Shown piece by piece: positions 18,176 through 33,050 of a stretch of DNA of 64,000 nt (within the stretch, counting starts at the first letter, position 1; each line of letters opens with the position of its first letter). The notes below the pieces were generated by a model, which searched no databases, was not told where the DNA came from, and was given only the letters and a program-made list of their open reading frames with translations. A program made the position numbers and the translations under genes. The stretch lies in assembly GCF_009914755.1 (NCBI RefSeq), contig NC_060934.1. The stretch is one strand, 5' to 3'. This stretch comes from the human T2T-CHM13v2.0 reference genome, Homo sapiens.

Positions 18176-19499
18176 TCTATCTATAGATATCTTTTTCTTA
18201 AAAAGAAAAAAAAAATCTATCTATAGATATAGATAGACATATCCCTTTCAAAAATCTATCTCTTTCTATAGATTGAGTTTGTGAAAGGGATAGATTTAGT
18301 AATTGCATACTTTGAGAGTGTTTTATCATAAATTCTCTAAAATCTAAAATTATAAAAATGACATAGAATCTTATAATTGGTTCTTTGTGGAAAAATTTTC
18401 CAAAAAGTTTGAGTTTATTTTCTTTTCTGGCTCTACAGCAGATGAGCCAGCAAACATACTAACCTGTGAAGCCTGAGAGCAGTAAACTAACTAGCAAGTG
18501 CCTGTGGGGAGGTGGTTTATAGCAACAGCTGTGATAAGGTATAAACTTAGAAAAGCTGTTCACTTCTTTAACTTTGTTTTTGTCAATTTAATCTGCACCT
18601 TCAAAGCTTCAGGAAAGAACATTCACATTTTCCAGCAACAGAAAACATGGAAGAAAAAATCTTTACTTTCACTGGTGTAATTTCATTTGTGCACTGGAAG
18701 TATTCTTGAAAAGTTAAGTGGAAATCTTTATATAAGAAGAATTTTTCTATTGAGTTGCCTTACAGAAAAGTAAAGCTTTGCTGCCAGTGAAGAAACTTAG
18801 GGTGCCAAGACATAATAAAAGTAATGTCAAGTGGTATCAGTCTATTGCCTCAGGTATTTAAAGGAGGGCCATTAATTGTTGATACCTTATTATATACTCA
18901 GAATAATCCAGATAATGTAAAATTTCTAATCTTAAAACACTTAGGAATTTATAGATAGTATAGAAGACTATAGTGATAATATCCAAGATTTGTATAGTAA
19001 TTAACTAACAGTAAGTGCAACTTAATCTATAGGATTTTGGTTTGTGGATCATGTGTACATTTTTTCATAAAAGCGATTTTATTTCTCTTTACTGTTTAGA
19101 TTGGTACTTTCCTATATGCTTTCTTCCTCCTCAAGTTGAAGTTTTTTTGTTTAGTTTAATTCAATAAGTCGTTAATGAGCACATTATATTTTTACCACTA
19201 TATTAGGTCCTATGTTCTAATTTTTATTTTTATATGTTGTTCTTGCATATATTTATAGAATCATCCTTTTTTCTTCTGTCTAGATGAAATATTATATGTA
19301 AACCAAACATATAGTATACAGGTTTAATTCTGATTGGTTCTTTCTTGCAAACATTTTTATTCTAAAATGGCTGTATAATATAAGCACAAGTGAATATATC
19401 AAAATTGTGCCTGGTGTATAAAATATGTAAATATTTAAAATTCAGAGGTAATGTAGTTTATTAGAAAGAAGTAAGATCTCGTATGTCACAAATAAACAG

Positions 19500-19670
19500 G
19501 GGTTTCAGATCCAATTCAAGCCTTTATTTAGTTATGCAACCTTGAGGAAATTTCTTAGCCTCTGATCCTCAGCCCTCAGCTGTCGTATGGGCATATTAAT
19601 ATCTATTTCATTTGATTGTTTGAAAGATTAAATGAGATTATCTACATAAAGTGTATAACCAGGTACTCAA
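19500..19670. mobile_element. MIR fragment
   Basis: attagttatgcaaccttgaggaaatttcttagcctct...aagattaaatgagat MIR core. Confidence 0.7.
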
Positions 19671-21286
19671 AGCAAGTTTTTGACCAATGAATAAATATGC
19701 TTACAACAAAAAACGCCTGTATATAATATAGTAAAAGCACATTAGTTTCTTACTAATTATACAAGCAAAAATTCTACTCAGGGTCTTTTTACTTTTCAAC
19801 CTGTATTCTCAAACACAAGACTTGTAAAGAGGTTTTCCATTAGAACACTGGATCTTTATTTAAAGTGTAACTCTAAAATAATGAGACAAATTATATGTGT
19901 ATTTTGTTACCTTGGCTGGGGTCCCACCTGGCTACTCAGCGACTGTCCATGTGCCACAATTTTCATGCCCTGATAACACTCTAGGAGGAGGACATATAAT
20001 TGTTTCCCACTAGGCACAGCACATGCATCTCGTACTGACCAGCTTTGTGTACTTTTTTTAATGTATGGCCAGTGCGTGGAGGTTGTTGCATATGGGGGTG
20101 CCAGATGTGAACTGTACAATTTAGGAAGCCCCATCCACATCACAGACATTGTATATTTGCCTATTTATTCAAAAGTCACCAGTGCATTTATTCTAATAAA
20201 TGAACATACAACAACAAGAGTGTCTTATGGAAGGGCCACCTTTTCTAGTTTGCACATGGTGTTCTGTGGGCTAATGATTGTCCTACATGCCAGCATTTGA
20301 GTCTGGGGCCCATGCTTTATAGTTTTACCACCTTATATATAGGATGAATCACTTTGATGTCTCTAAAAACTTGACTTTTTAAACTGAAAGATGTATGTTG
20401 TAATTTATCCATCAAGAAAGGAACATGACAAGTAGATGTATATGGCCTTAGGAAGGGAAGGCATAGGATGTTTTTGGTTATCTATTTTTAAACGTTTAAG
20501 TCAAAGTTACAAATATTCTTTACTTAGGCAGTTCTGTTATTTTTTAAATGGGTGGTAAAGCTCTTTTTTTTTCCTTCTGTTATCTCTAAAAATTGCTGTA
20601 AACTCAGGTGGGGAAAAGGTGTATTTATCTTGATAAGTCCCACAAGTTATATCTCCTGAGATACTTTGTATCAGCAAAGAGTCTGGACTCTTGTCTTCAA
20701 TTCCACAATTCTGTTGATAAAGAGAAAGTAGACAAAAGTGCAGTTTTCTCTATGCTGCCTATTACTGATGGAATTTAAAAGTCAGAGTTTGTTGGTGTTA
20801 CATTTTTATTTCACCTCTGCTACTTTTTTTCAATGCTTATTTTTAAAAATTTGAAGCAATTGAGAAATATGCATATATTGAACAAGATTACTTTTATGAA
20901 ATCTAGCAATCATGTAACAAAAGCCTAACTATATAATATGTCAGGATATAGTTATAAATAATCCAAGTGGAAGCCTATATATTTTAAGGCCAAGATAGTG
21001 ACCGCATGGTGCTGAGATTCCTTCTTTTGGACTGCAGTTATTTTAGGCATTTTGGGATGCTGATCTCAGCCACCGTTTGCAGCCCTAATGATCACATAAG
21101 TGATCATTCATTTGGAGAAACTGTGGTAAAATTAGGTAATAGATAAGCATCTTTGTGGTAATGTTTTAAATATGACCATATGAAATGGTAGAATGAAAAA
21201 AGTAATTATTTAAAGTAAGGCCACTCCCAATTTTAAATGGTTTGCTCAAATATTAGTCAAGCAAACAGAAGTATACGTACTGAGGA

Positions 21287-21402
21287 GCCAGGTGTGATGG
21301 CACACACCTGTAGTCACAGCTACTTGGGAGGCTGTGGCAGGAGGATTGCTTGAACCCAGGAGTTTGAGTCTAGCCTGGGCAGCGTAGCAAGACTTGTCTC
21401 TT
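21287..21402 (+). mobile_element. Alu monomer (FLAM-like)
   Basis: Single Alu arm. Confidence 0.85.
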
Positions 21403-22146
21403 AAGAAAGTAAATGCATAAAAAATTGTGTGTGCCAACTAGTTTCTACACTCTATGGTCATCTCACACTTCCAGATTGGTCTGTCATTACCATTTACTCA
21501 TAGGGTCCACATAATTCATTTAAAGGTATTTTCATAAGCTTTTAAAATTATATTGGAAAAAGACCGCAAGACCAGGCCACTGAGTGAAATTTTGTGATAT
21601 CTGGTCATTCAATGTTTTGTTATTTCAAGACTTTTTTCTTTTGATTTTTTAAAAGAAATGCTCTATGTCCTTGTAGGCTCATATGTTGCTTCATCTGCTT
21701 GCTCTAGAGCAAGACACATGGATGGCTGCACTAAACCCTTATTTCTTCACAGTATTTCACCACCTTTATTCTTAAAATGTGAGAAGTGTATTTCTTGGAC
21801 AGAATTTTACCATTTGCTGGGCTAAGTTACATTTGGTATTTAGCAGCTCTCTGTGATAAATATAAGTTAATATCTTACGAGTTATACTCTTAAGCAATAA
21901 GATACTCACTAAAGATGAGAAGGTCTTAACAAAGGCTTTAATGTAATACACTAAGGCAGGTCACCTTAAATGATGGATCATTTGCAGATAAAGCATATCA
22001 AATAATGTCGTTTGCAATTGAGGCGGTTAGTGTTAATTTGGTGACTTCCAACTTTATTGACAGCCCTTGGCACAAAGCTAGAATATTATTTGACAGATAC
22101 TTTTGATCTCACATTTAATAATTTAGTCAAGAGTGTTGAGGATGAC

Positions 22147-22395
22147 TTAAAATATTAAAAAGTGATCTTTGCTGTAAAACTACTTCTCCCTTTACTTACC
22201 TACCAGGTTTGGTCTCACAGCCTCATTTCCTTGTCATAGTTAATGCCAGGACAAAAATAATATATGAGTTTAAAATATTAAAAAGTGATGTTTGCTGTAA
22301 AACTACTTCTCCCTTTACTTACCTACCAGGTTTGGTCTCACAGCCTCATTTCCTTGTCACAGTTAATGCCAGGACAAAAATAATGTATGAGTTTA
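22147..22395. repeat. 123-bp tandem duplication (2 copies, about 3 mismatches)
   Basis: ttaaaatattaaaaagtgat...atgagtt at 22147 and 22270. Confidence 0.95.
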
Positions 22396-22512
22396 GGAAC
22401 CACGTTGATACTTTTGGTTAAAGTCCTTCTACCGGTATGTTTTGCTGCTTGTGACTCAAGAGCAACTGCACGCATGATATTATACTACTTTTAAATAGGC
22501 CTAGGGGGCATC

Positions 22513-22817
22513 TTTGTTTTTTGTTTTTTTTTTTTTTGAGACAGGGTCTCCCTTTGTCACCCAGCCTGGAGTACAGTGGCGCAATCATGGTTCACTACAG
22601 CCTTGACCTCCTGGCCTCAAGCAATCCTCCTGCCTCACCCTCCGAAGTAGCTGGGACTACAGGCATGCACTACCACACCCAGCTAATTTTCTCATTTTTT
22701 GTAGAGACAGGGTCTTGCTATGTTGCCTAGGATGGTCTTGAACTCCTGGCTTCAAGTGATCCTCCTGCCTCAGTGACCCAAAGTGCTGGAATTGCAGGCA
22801 TGAGCCACCATGCCTAT
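22513..22817 (-). mobile_element. AluJ
   Basis: Alu consensus with T tail. Confidence 0.92.
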
Positions 22818-24215
22818 ACCTTTTTAAATGAAAAGGTAGAATTCTGTGTCTTTTGCTTTTTCTCATTTAAGGCTTTTGACACATATTAAAACAGCATAAT
22901 TAATGAAAATATATATTTTCTGGCTTCTTAAAGAGATTAACCTATTGGGGATAAACAAGCTTAAATCTTAATTTACAGAGGGGCAAGATAGACCCTTCTT
23001 TTCTGTCATCATCTGTTCCTCCCACCTCAAAATGCCCAGTCTAAAAAAAGTTTTGGGTTATATTTCTCTTGAAATTTAGCTTAGCTCACATCTTTTAGAT
23101 AGGAGATAGGAATGGAATTGATGGCTTTATTCTTCAGAACTACCACCGTAGGCAGCCATGGCAAGCAGGGGCGCCCTTGCGTTGTTCTTGAGGAAAATAT
23201 TAAGTGAGGCTAAATTCAAACTGAGCCTGACTCCCCAACCCCCACAACCCTTTTATATATATATGGCATATTACAGTGAGAATTTCTTTTTAAAGTTTTA
23301 GGTCTTTGTCTTTTTCTTGATAAAATTATAGTTATAATAGTTGTCATAAGTTAATCAATCGTATGTTTTAAGTGCCCTTAGTGCAAAATTTGATGCCCCT
23401 TGGATACTGTTGATTTATTTAATATGAAATATACCTTTTGTTAATTTTTAATTTTTATGGATAGGTGTATATGTTTATGGGGTGTGAGATACAACTTACT
23501 CTATTTACGTTACTTACCGCAGAACCACATATTTCTTCCAAATGTCCATGCCCTATCTTAGTTACAAAAACACAATCATTTGCCAAGTGAATTATCGGTG
23601 ATTATTAGAAATCATTTATACTGTGGTTCTGTGTGCATTTAAACTATAATATACTTAGAAATTATTCTTGCTTTGGTAAAATACTTTCCTTCTTATTCAA
23701 GAGGATTTTTTGGGTCATGCTGTCTTGTTATATACTCTTTTAAGTTTATTATGATTGTGTGTGTATATGTTTGTTTTTTCTTTTTCCTTCTGTCTGAATT
23801 CTGTTGCACTGAGCAATGTTGTAATATTTTTATTTTAAATATAAGTAATATTTAAAATTACTGGAAATATGTAACCATCAGATTATTATCTCCTAATGAT
23901 AAACAGAATTTGTTAATTAAGCTAAACCTAGAATTGTAGACAATTATTTTTACATTGCATCTACATTAAAATGCTATCTCAAACACACATACTTGGTTGT
24001 GTAATATTTATCTACTCATTAAGTAGAAAGAGTAAATTAAAAATTGCTTTTGGATTATTGATGAGGGTGGATTATACTTTAGAACACTTTATTCAAACAG
24101 TTCTTCCACATATCTCCCTTTTGACTTGACTGAGCAACTCTCTTTCTGTGCTTCGGTTTGGTCTCTAAGTCAGAGTTAATATTTCTTGCTCTATCTAGCA
24201 TATAGAAGCATTGTG

Positions 24216-24596
<381 letters not shown>

Positions 24597-24624
24597 TCAG
24601 TTCCTGTTCTGTGCACTGAGTAGA

Positions 24625-24865
24625 TAATAATAACAACACTTCCTGGGTGCTCACATTGTGCCAGGCACTCCCGTAAGGACTGTCTGCGTATTGACTCATG
24701 TGATTCATAGAAAAACCGTGTAGACTGCGTACTATCATTTTGTTCATTATATAGGTAGAAAATGACACATAGAGAAGCTAAGCATTCTGCCTGAGATTAT
24801 ACAGCTGCGAATGCCAGGGCCAGGATTTGAATCAATCGAGCTCCAGAGTCTTAACCAAATGCTAT
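24625..24865. mobile_element. MIR
   Basis: tgtgccaggcact...gaaaatgacacatagagaagctaag...gccaggatttgaatc. Confidence 0.75.
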
Positions 24866-25418
24866 GTGAATGACAGAGACTTAGATCAATAGGCTGCTGC
24901 TAGAGGTGGATTTTTCTACTAGATTCTGAGGACAGCCTGTATAAATTTCATGTTATGGTGAGGTATTGAGTTGACCACACTCATATTCATCATTTCCGAT
25001 TTTTAGAGAATCCAGTGTGAACCAGTTTTAAATTAATAAGACATACATTCATGTCTTACGCAAGTTTATAATGGCACTGAATTTATTTATTAGCAAAATA
25101 TTTTTCTAATATCATTATAGTTTTCACGGTACATTGGCGGGAGATTTTCTCTATGTCCATTTGTAGCTTTTGTGTTTGTTAGTTGAAACGTTTCCTCTAC
25201 AACTAGTAATGACTCTTATGTTTGCATGCTTCTGTCTTTTCGTTATTAATTAGCACATTGATAGATTACCAGTTAATATCATCTGTAAAATAGTATAAGT
25301 CATATAGGAAATAATAAACAGTTTGGCCCTGTGTGAAATCCCTTTAGCCCTGTGTATTGCCTGACATTTAGCAAAGTTAAGTAGCGAGACCAAGATTATT
25401 TTGTTTTTATTTTGAAAG

Positions 25419-25463
25419 GCCTATAGTATGCAGCCTTTCTCCAGGACAGCAGCCCCAAACAAG
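25419..25463 (+). CDS. ZMYND11: Candidate 45-nt in-frame cassette exon AYSMQPFSRTAAPNK between exons 3 and 4
   Basis: Acceptor ttttgtttttattttgaaag|, donor AAG|gtgaac; phase 0-0 matches the intron; stop-free GC-richer island in AT-rich intron; I recall a similar peptide in vertebrate ZMYND11 isoforms. Confidence 0.75.
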
Positions 25464-28180
25464 GTGAACTAATTTTGCACTATGTTATTTTACTATAATT
25501 CTGCTTTATTTTTTGTATTGTAGTTTCTCTTTTACCTTAGGCTAGCTTAGTTAACTCTTGCTAGATTTGTTTGTTAAAACCATACTATCTTTACATGGCT
25601 TCTAATTTTGAATTTCATGCTAGTAGGTTTGCTATTTAAAAGCTTTCATGTTTTGAATTGGCATTTCACATACGCTGTTACTCAGGCTATCTCTAGAGTA
25701 GCTAATGACATCTGGGGGAACCAGTGAAAATGCAAACTTAGGTTCTTTGACATACATGTTTGAGTGCTAGTCAAAAGCATTATGTAAAGGATCTCTATTT
25801 ACCAAAAGACAAATTGTAGGCAACCTGTCCTATAATCAACATGCCTGTATGATTCATCCCTCAGGAAAATGTTTCCTGGATTCAGAGTCTAGTAACTTTG
25901 AACTTGACTTTTGCATGTTTTGCATATTCTGAACAGCTATTGCCGTGATTAAAACAATCAACAGCACTGCTTCCCCAGCCCATACTTTCTGTCTGAGAAT
26001 AGAGTTGGTTATATGCCATCATATAAATGTGTCCAGATGTTTCTCTTTTACTTCATTTGAGTTATACTTTCATTTCTGTAATTGGTTATGAAAAACTAGG
26101 TCAAGAATTAAACACCCTATCAAAGATCCATTTTTATCTTCATTTAATGGGTGGATGGGGAAAGGGTAGGGATGCAAAGAGGTAAAGGTAATGTGGAGAG
26201 GCCAGAGGTATGCACAGGAATTATACTCTTGCTTCCTTTTGTTAATTAACCTAGTAACTACTATAATATTTTGCCCAGCACATGAAGATGAATTAATGTA
26301 AAAAATTCAAGTGATGAATGATGGCAATTTCTTTTTAATATTGAGTCAAATATAAGCCACCAGAATCCCTTAAGATGTTTTTAAAACAGCTATGAGTATG
26401 AAGAAAATATCCTGAAATATTTTGTCTTAACTTTGGAAAGAGTACTGTTAATTAAAAGTAGAATAAGATATCTTATTTCCACCAAAACCTAATTTGTCAA
26501 TGATTTTTAATATAATAATTGATAAATTGAAATAGCTAAAATGCAGCTTACATATGAGCCCATCTCAAATGGATACACCAAGGATGACTGTTTTAATACA
26601 GCCAAGCGCCACACACATATATTGTTGTCTGTGTGATGCCAGTGTGCCCAACTTTGTGCAGTACATCATTTTGTGCCATGTGCAATCAGGGTTTTATGTA
26701 AAAATCAGTATTTTAAGATTCCAGCCCAACTGAAATTACCATACCAAAGGAAGTTTGCAGAGTGTATACATCTGTAGCAAATAACTAAAAATGGTCATTG
26801 TCTTTTTATTACTTTGGTCAACACAGACTGCCAATTTCTTAATAAAAAGCAAACCGGAAAGTTTACATTTTTGCAGGATTTACTGCCACACTCTAGCCAT
26901 GACTCTGGATGTGGTTTGGAAGACATGAATTTTTGAACATTCATGTATCTCTTCTCTTTTGAAGGACTGGGTAGTCCTTCATATCTGGCAGTCAGATATG
27001 GTCAAGCAGTAACATGTTTGAACCTAGTTTCCAAAGAAGTTGCTGCTTATGGAGTGAGTGCTACATGAAAGCCCATTTATTGGGGGAGTACTGACATCAG
27101 AGAAAACAGTAAAGCTGTTCCACCTTGGAAACCGTATAGATAACAATTTATAGAAATAAAATTGATGGTGGAACCCAAATTTGGAATGTCAGGGTCCCTA
27201 CTGGAAGTGGCCCTGTTTATACTAACTGTGGACTTTACCCTTGTTCATTTGGTTACTACATCTACAAATAAAGTTGAGAATTAACTCATCACTCTTAGCA
27301 TAAATATATTTTAAGAAAAGCTAAGAGTAATATTTATAAATAATGAATTCTAAATTAAGAGAACTTCTAACACTTGCTTTGTATACTTAAAGGGTATTAG
27401 CTGTATAAAAAAAAGGTGTCAAAAATAAGAACATGTTGAAGAATGCCTGTGTACCTACAGTTGTGTTCTTTTATTTCTAGGAATAGCCCCAGTCAGGAAA
27501 TAAGGCTACTTCCTTTTTTGTTTTCTGTGGTAATCTCCTTTGGATAATGTGATTAAACCTTTAGTTTCACAGTTTCAATTTATTTTTCCAAATTCAACAG
27601 CTCTGAAAATCTGACATCCTATCAGAACATGGACATTCTGATTAATGGTTATTTTCAATAAAACATCCAGTGCCACAGATGAGAAGATAAGAATAGTGAG
27701 CATCACCAGTTATTACTATTCTCTCTGTTCCCAATTACTATTCTCTCTGTTCCCACAGTGTGTCAAGGACTGTTATATATATATATGTAAAGCAGAACAA
27801 AACAAAGGTTTGTTTATTTGAAATGCGAAGCTATAGGTTGGTTTGGGGTTCTCAGTTTACTAAAGAAATTATTCCTTAGATTGTATTTCAAAATGAAAGA
27901 TAACATTAGAACTGGAGTTGGCTTTGGACATACTTCATTTTGGACTGGTTTTGCTATCACATTATCTTAAGATATTTCTGAATATTACCACTGTTTTAGG
28001 AAAGATTTTAAAATTTAAAGCAGCAACTTTCTAGGTATTTTCCCTCTTGTTTTAACACAGTAAATGTCTTTAAATTGTTTATGATGCCTAACTTCTGATG
28101 GACATTAGTTTCAATTTTGTTCTTAGTCATTGCAGATATTGACAAAATGTCATACAAAACTATTTTGTACTTTTTTGTAG

Positions 28181-28372
<192 letters not shown>

Positions 28373-29957
28373 TAGAGGGTTGGAATTAATTCATAATAGC
28401 TTCAAAAAGATATCCCAGGTGGTCTTGCCAGGTGAACGGATAAAGGACTGGAGGGTGGGGGTTATCTAATGAAATGATGATACTCATAAATGGACATCAC
28501 AGAACACATACACCGTATTTCAGGGTGTGGATTTTAGAAAGTTTTAATCACGTAAAAATATATCCTCTTCCCTTCCCTTACCTGCCTCTGGCTTATGTGA
28601 CTAATTTAATGGATGGCCTTTGGACATCAGAAATACGAAACCTACTAACATCTGTTCAATAGCTACTTTGTAATAAACTGTACAATTTATGGTATTCAGG
28701 AAACAGTTAGCAAAAGGCACATTGTTGGGGGCATTCTGTATCTATTTCCCATTTTATATCCATGTAATGTTGCCTTTATTTTTGTCATATCATGAGTTTG
28801 TTTTTTTTTGCTTATATTTTATTTGGAGGGTGGAGGGATGAGACATTGTGTATAAAGAATTCTAATTATTTTTTTAAAGTAAAATGAAATTGCCCCATAG
28901 GTAAAAAAGGTACTTTCCACAATTACTTTTATTCATTGATCCCACTGAGGAATATACATACTGTGATTGTTAGTTGCAGAATGTGGTATGTGTGTGTATA
29001 CGAGTGATATGTGGTGACTTATTACATATGGCATCGATGGTAATAAGGAATTATTTGATTGCAACCTCTATTATTTTATACTTAACTATTAAAATACTTA
29101 TTTGGAACCATGCACATTGTTGAGATTACTCGTGATTTCCAGTTTGTTAATATGCTTTATAATAACTTGCGTAATTTAAGTATTTTTTTGCTTTTTCAAA
29201 AAACATTTTTTCATAACTTTTTCCCTCTCTGGCATTAGTCGAAAATTTCCTGTTAGCATCATAAGCAAACTACAGTATATGTTCTAGTCTTCTAACTGGC
29301 TTTGTATTGCCTAAGTGTACTTAGCCTTGCCATATACGTTATACTTACTCATTAGGCATACAACAGGCAGTTGGGATAGCATTTTAAAAAATGTTTAATG
29401 ATGACTTGCCACTCAAATGCCTAGGTGCCAAATAAGTCATGTCAGTTCCCTAAGTCTGAGTAAATCAGTATCAGTTTTCAATATGTAGACCTCCTCTTTG
29501 AGGTCTACAAGAATGTCTGTAAGAAATTAGTGTAAGTGGTGCTCTAAGTTTCACAATTTGGAGCAAAGGAGCTGTATTAATATTCATATTTTATTCTCTT
29601 GTGGATTTCGATTGTACATTTTAAAAGCAAATATACATCTTCCATTTTCTGATAGAAGTTTACCCTAGGGGAAGTAGAAAATTAATGAGATCAAAAAAAA
29701 AAAGAGGCAATGTTAGTAGTCACATGGGGATCCTAATATGGATGCAGGAATTAGGAAATACAGCTCTGGGTATGTCTGTGTCTCTACAGCCATTGCTCTT
29801 TTGTATTTAATATTTAATTCTTATTTTCATAGTAAATAACTTAAACGAAAATACTGGGACTTCTGAGGACAGGTTAAGCTTCTTTGTAGATATTTTGTAT
29901 TTCTTATGGTAAGAATGGGAATTGAACAATTATTATACCTTTGAAGAAAATGTTTAA

Positions 29958-30321
<364 letters not shown>

Positions 30322-32339
30322 TCTGTGTTTCCTCTACTCTTTACTGAATGGATGAAATTTAAAAAATTTTTACACTGTATTGGCTCACACAGAAACATGA
30401 TTACCCTATTCTGTTCTGTTCTTCTCTTTTCCTTTCTTTTTGCCTTTGTCAATCTAGACATTTTTATACTGCTATATAATTGTGCTTACTGAAATGATGC
30501 TGTCAATAAAAATCTTGAATTTTTCATTCATTTTATGGTATGTGAGCTACTCCCTGCTAAGGCTCAAAAACCCTGTTTTCTAGGGTGAGGATGGAGAGTT
30601 TTATCTTGAGCTTTAAATTTTCCAAAGAAATAGTTATTCATTTTAGATCCATTCTATTGTTTTATGGTATTCAAGAAAAAGATAAGTACTAACAATTCTT
30701 TTCCTTTGAGAAGGGGTAATAATAATCTTGAAATTGTAATGGAGTTTTTCATATCTTTAAGGTGAAGTTATTGGTTGATTTGTTTTAAATTTTAAATATA
30801 GTGTCAAAACTTTGAGTAAAGCCGTTTTTTAGGAGAGTGACCAGATTTAAGTAATCATGGACTAAGAGAACCTAGAGTCTATAGACAGAAACTCAAGAAC
30901 TGTGGTTCCGAATCAGAATAACTTTCTACTCTGTTTTTTTTTCAATGTTTGGAAAAATATGGATTAATTAGATATGTTGATAAAGAATGATGAAGATAAG
31001 GTGCCATAGCCAAATTCCATATGGTAAAAATAATAAATGGAAGCTAACCATTACTACCTAAAACTGACAATGAAAAGAAGCCCTTTTCTAAGAGTTTGCA
31101 GTGATTGGAATACTATTCACTCTTACATTCCTTTCTCTCCCTTACAGTGTTGAAAAAGTCACTGAGAACAGGTGTTCTGTCTCCTAGCTGTCACCTGTGT
31201 TACCAGATTTAATTCAGCTCAAGCAGCTTTATCTTACGTATCTATTTCTGAAATATTTTAACAGGACAGTAATAGGCATTTTTCTCAAAAATAATTTTGT
31301 GACTTTTCATAATAAATCTCTAGAATCTATAACCCTAAGAATAGTTCTTTGGAATGTCTGCCTTTCTAAAAAATAAACTTTTGCTTTATGGACACAGTAG
31401 ATTATTATTGAAAAGTAGCTTATTAATATCAGATTAGATTTTACTTTGAGAAAGATTTAAATACTGTCCAGTTTCACACTTTTACTGAGATCTCTCTCAT
31501 TAAATTTTAGAAAAGAGATTTTAAAATTTGCTATAAAAAATTCAAATAATTTAGGATAAGAAAAAATTCCCAGAAACCGTATTCCATAGTAGGTAATATT
31601 CTCACAGACTTCTTCCTGTGTTGGTGTGTGTGTCATTTTGTTTGTATCTGTATCCACATGACTTTACATTAATTACTGGATGTGGCTAGTGTGTATGTAC
31701 TCGACAGTACCCCAGAATGACCTTTTTTTGGCACCTGTTATGATTTGAGAGGGCATGCTGTAACTTATGTGACCAGTTCCTCATGTAGCAGGTGTTCATC
31801 ATTTCCACTGTTCGGTATGGAAACACCTGTCAAAGGTGACATATGCAAATGCTATCCTGGAAATCATGCCCCATTTCCAACTTCTGAGGAGGAGTCTTCT
31901 CATTATTATTTATTTCTGCATGAAACTGAAGTTTATATTTTGTTTTATTTGAATTTTATTTTCCTGAAATAGCCATGAATTTTCCAGGAAAAAAATAAGA
32001 AAATCATACTCTTTTGTGAAAATTGCTTTTAAGATTTTAAGATTTTGTTTACAAAAAAGAAATACCTTTAAAACACAATATAGTCCATTGCATTTTTTAA
32101 AGATAGAAAATTATATACATTTATGTAATTCTGTCTGAACACCTTTGGTAGGATAAGTTTATTAACATGGGATTTTTAGGTTTAAAGGATAGTGTACACG
32201 TTTAAATTTTTGATAAAAATCACTGACTTGTTCTTCAGAGTATTATACCCATGTACATCAACAGCACATGAAACTATTTGTCAATTTTTTGTTGCCTATT
32301 TGATAAGATGAATTTTTTGTTGTCGTTGTTTTTTTGTTT

Positions 32340-32635
<296 letters not shown>

Positions 32636-32877
32636 GTCTCATTTTATTTTTGCTTCATTTTCATATATATAGTTCCCAAATTACAAAGTCATTTTATACT
32701 TTGAAGGCATGGTTAGAGACAGACGTGTGCTTGGACCTGCGTATGTGTGCATGTGCTCCATGCTTGCTGGCTTGCAAGCCTGCTGGTGAAAATCATGATA
32801 CTGTAATTCATGGGCAAGGCAGTCTGTCATAAGAAGCCCCTGGGCAGCCAGCCTGCTGGGGTGGCACATTGCCTTGT

Positions 32878-33050
32878 AGAGCAGGGCTGTTCGAGAGCTT
32901 CTTTGGTGGTGGAAAGGGTCTCTGTGCTGTGCAGTGTGAGCCACTGACCTTGTGTGTCTGTGGAGCCCTTGAATGTGACTTGTAGACCAAAGAACTGGAT
33001 TGCAGTTTGCCACATGGGGCTTGTGGCTACCATATTAGATAGTGCAGTTT
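32878..33050. mobile_element. MER3-like hAT-Charlie DNA transposon fossil
   Basis: cagggctgt... start and gtggctaccatattagatagtgcag end. Confidence 0.65.

Noticed and set aside
18158-18296. Duplicated Alu tail (aaaatctatctatagatat x2) and atccctttca/tgaaagggat inverted pair
   Set aside because: Consistent with local slippage next to an Alu A-tail; no functional cue
27712-27755. 22-bp direct duplication attactattctctctgttccc
   Set aside because: Ordinary micro-duplication
29484-29509. 10-bp hairpin tgtagacctc/gaggtctaca as terminator or ncRNA
   Set aside because: Too short; no meaning as an intrinsic terminator in a Pol II intron; may be a transposon relic
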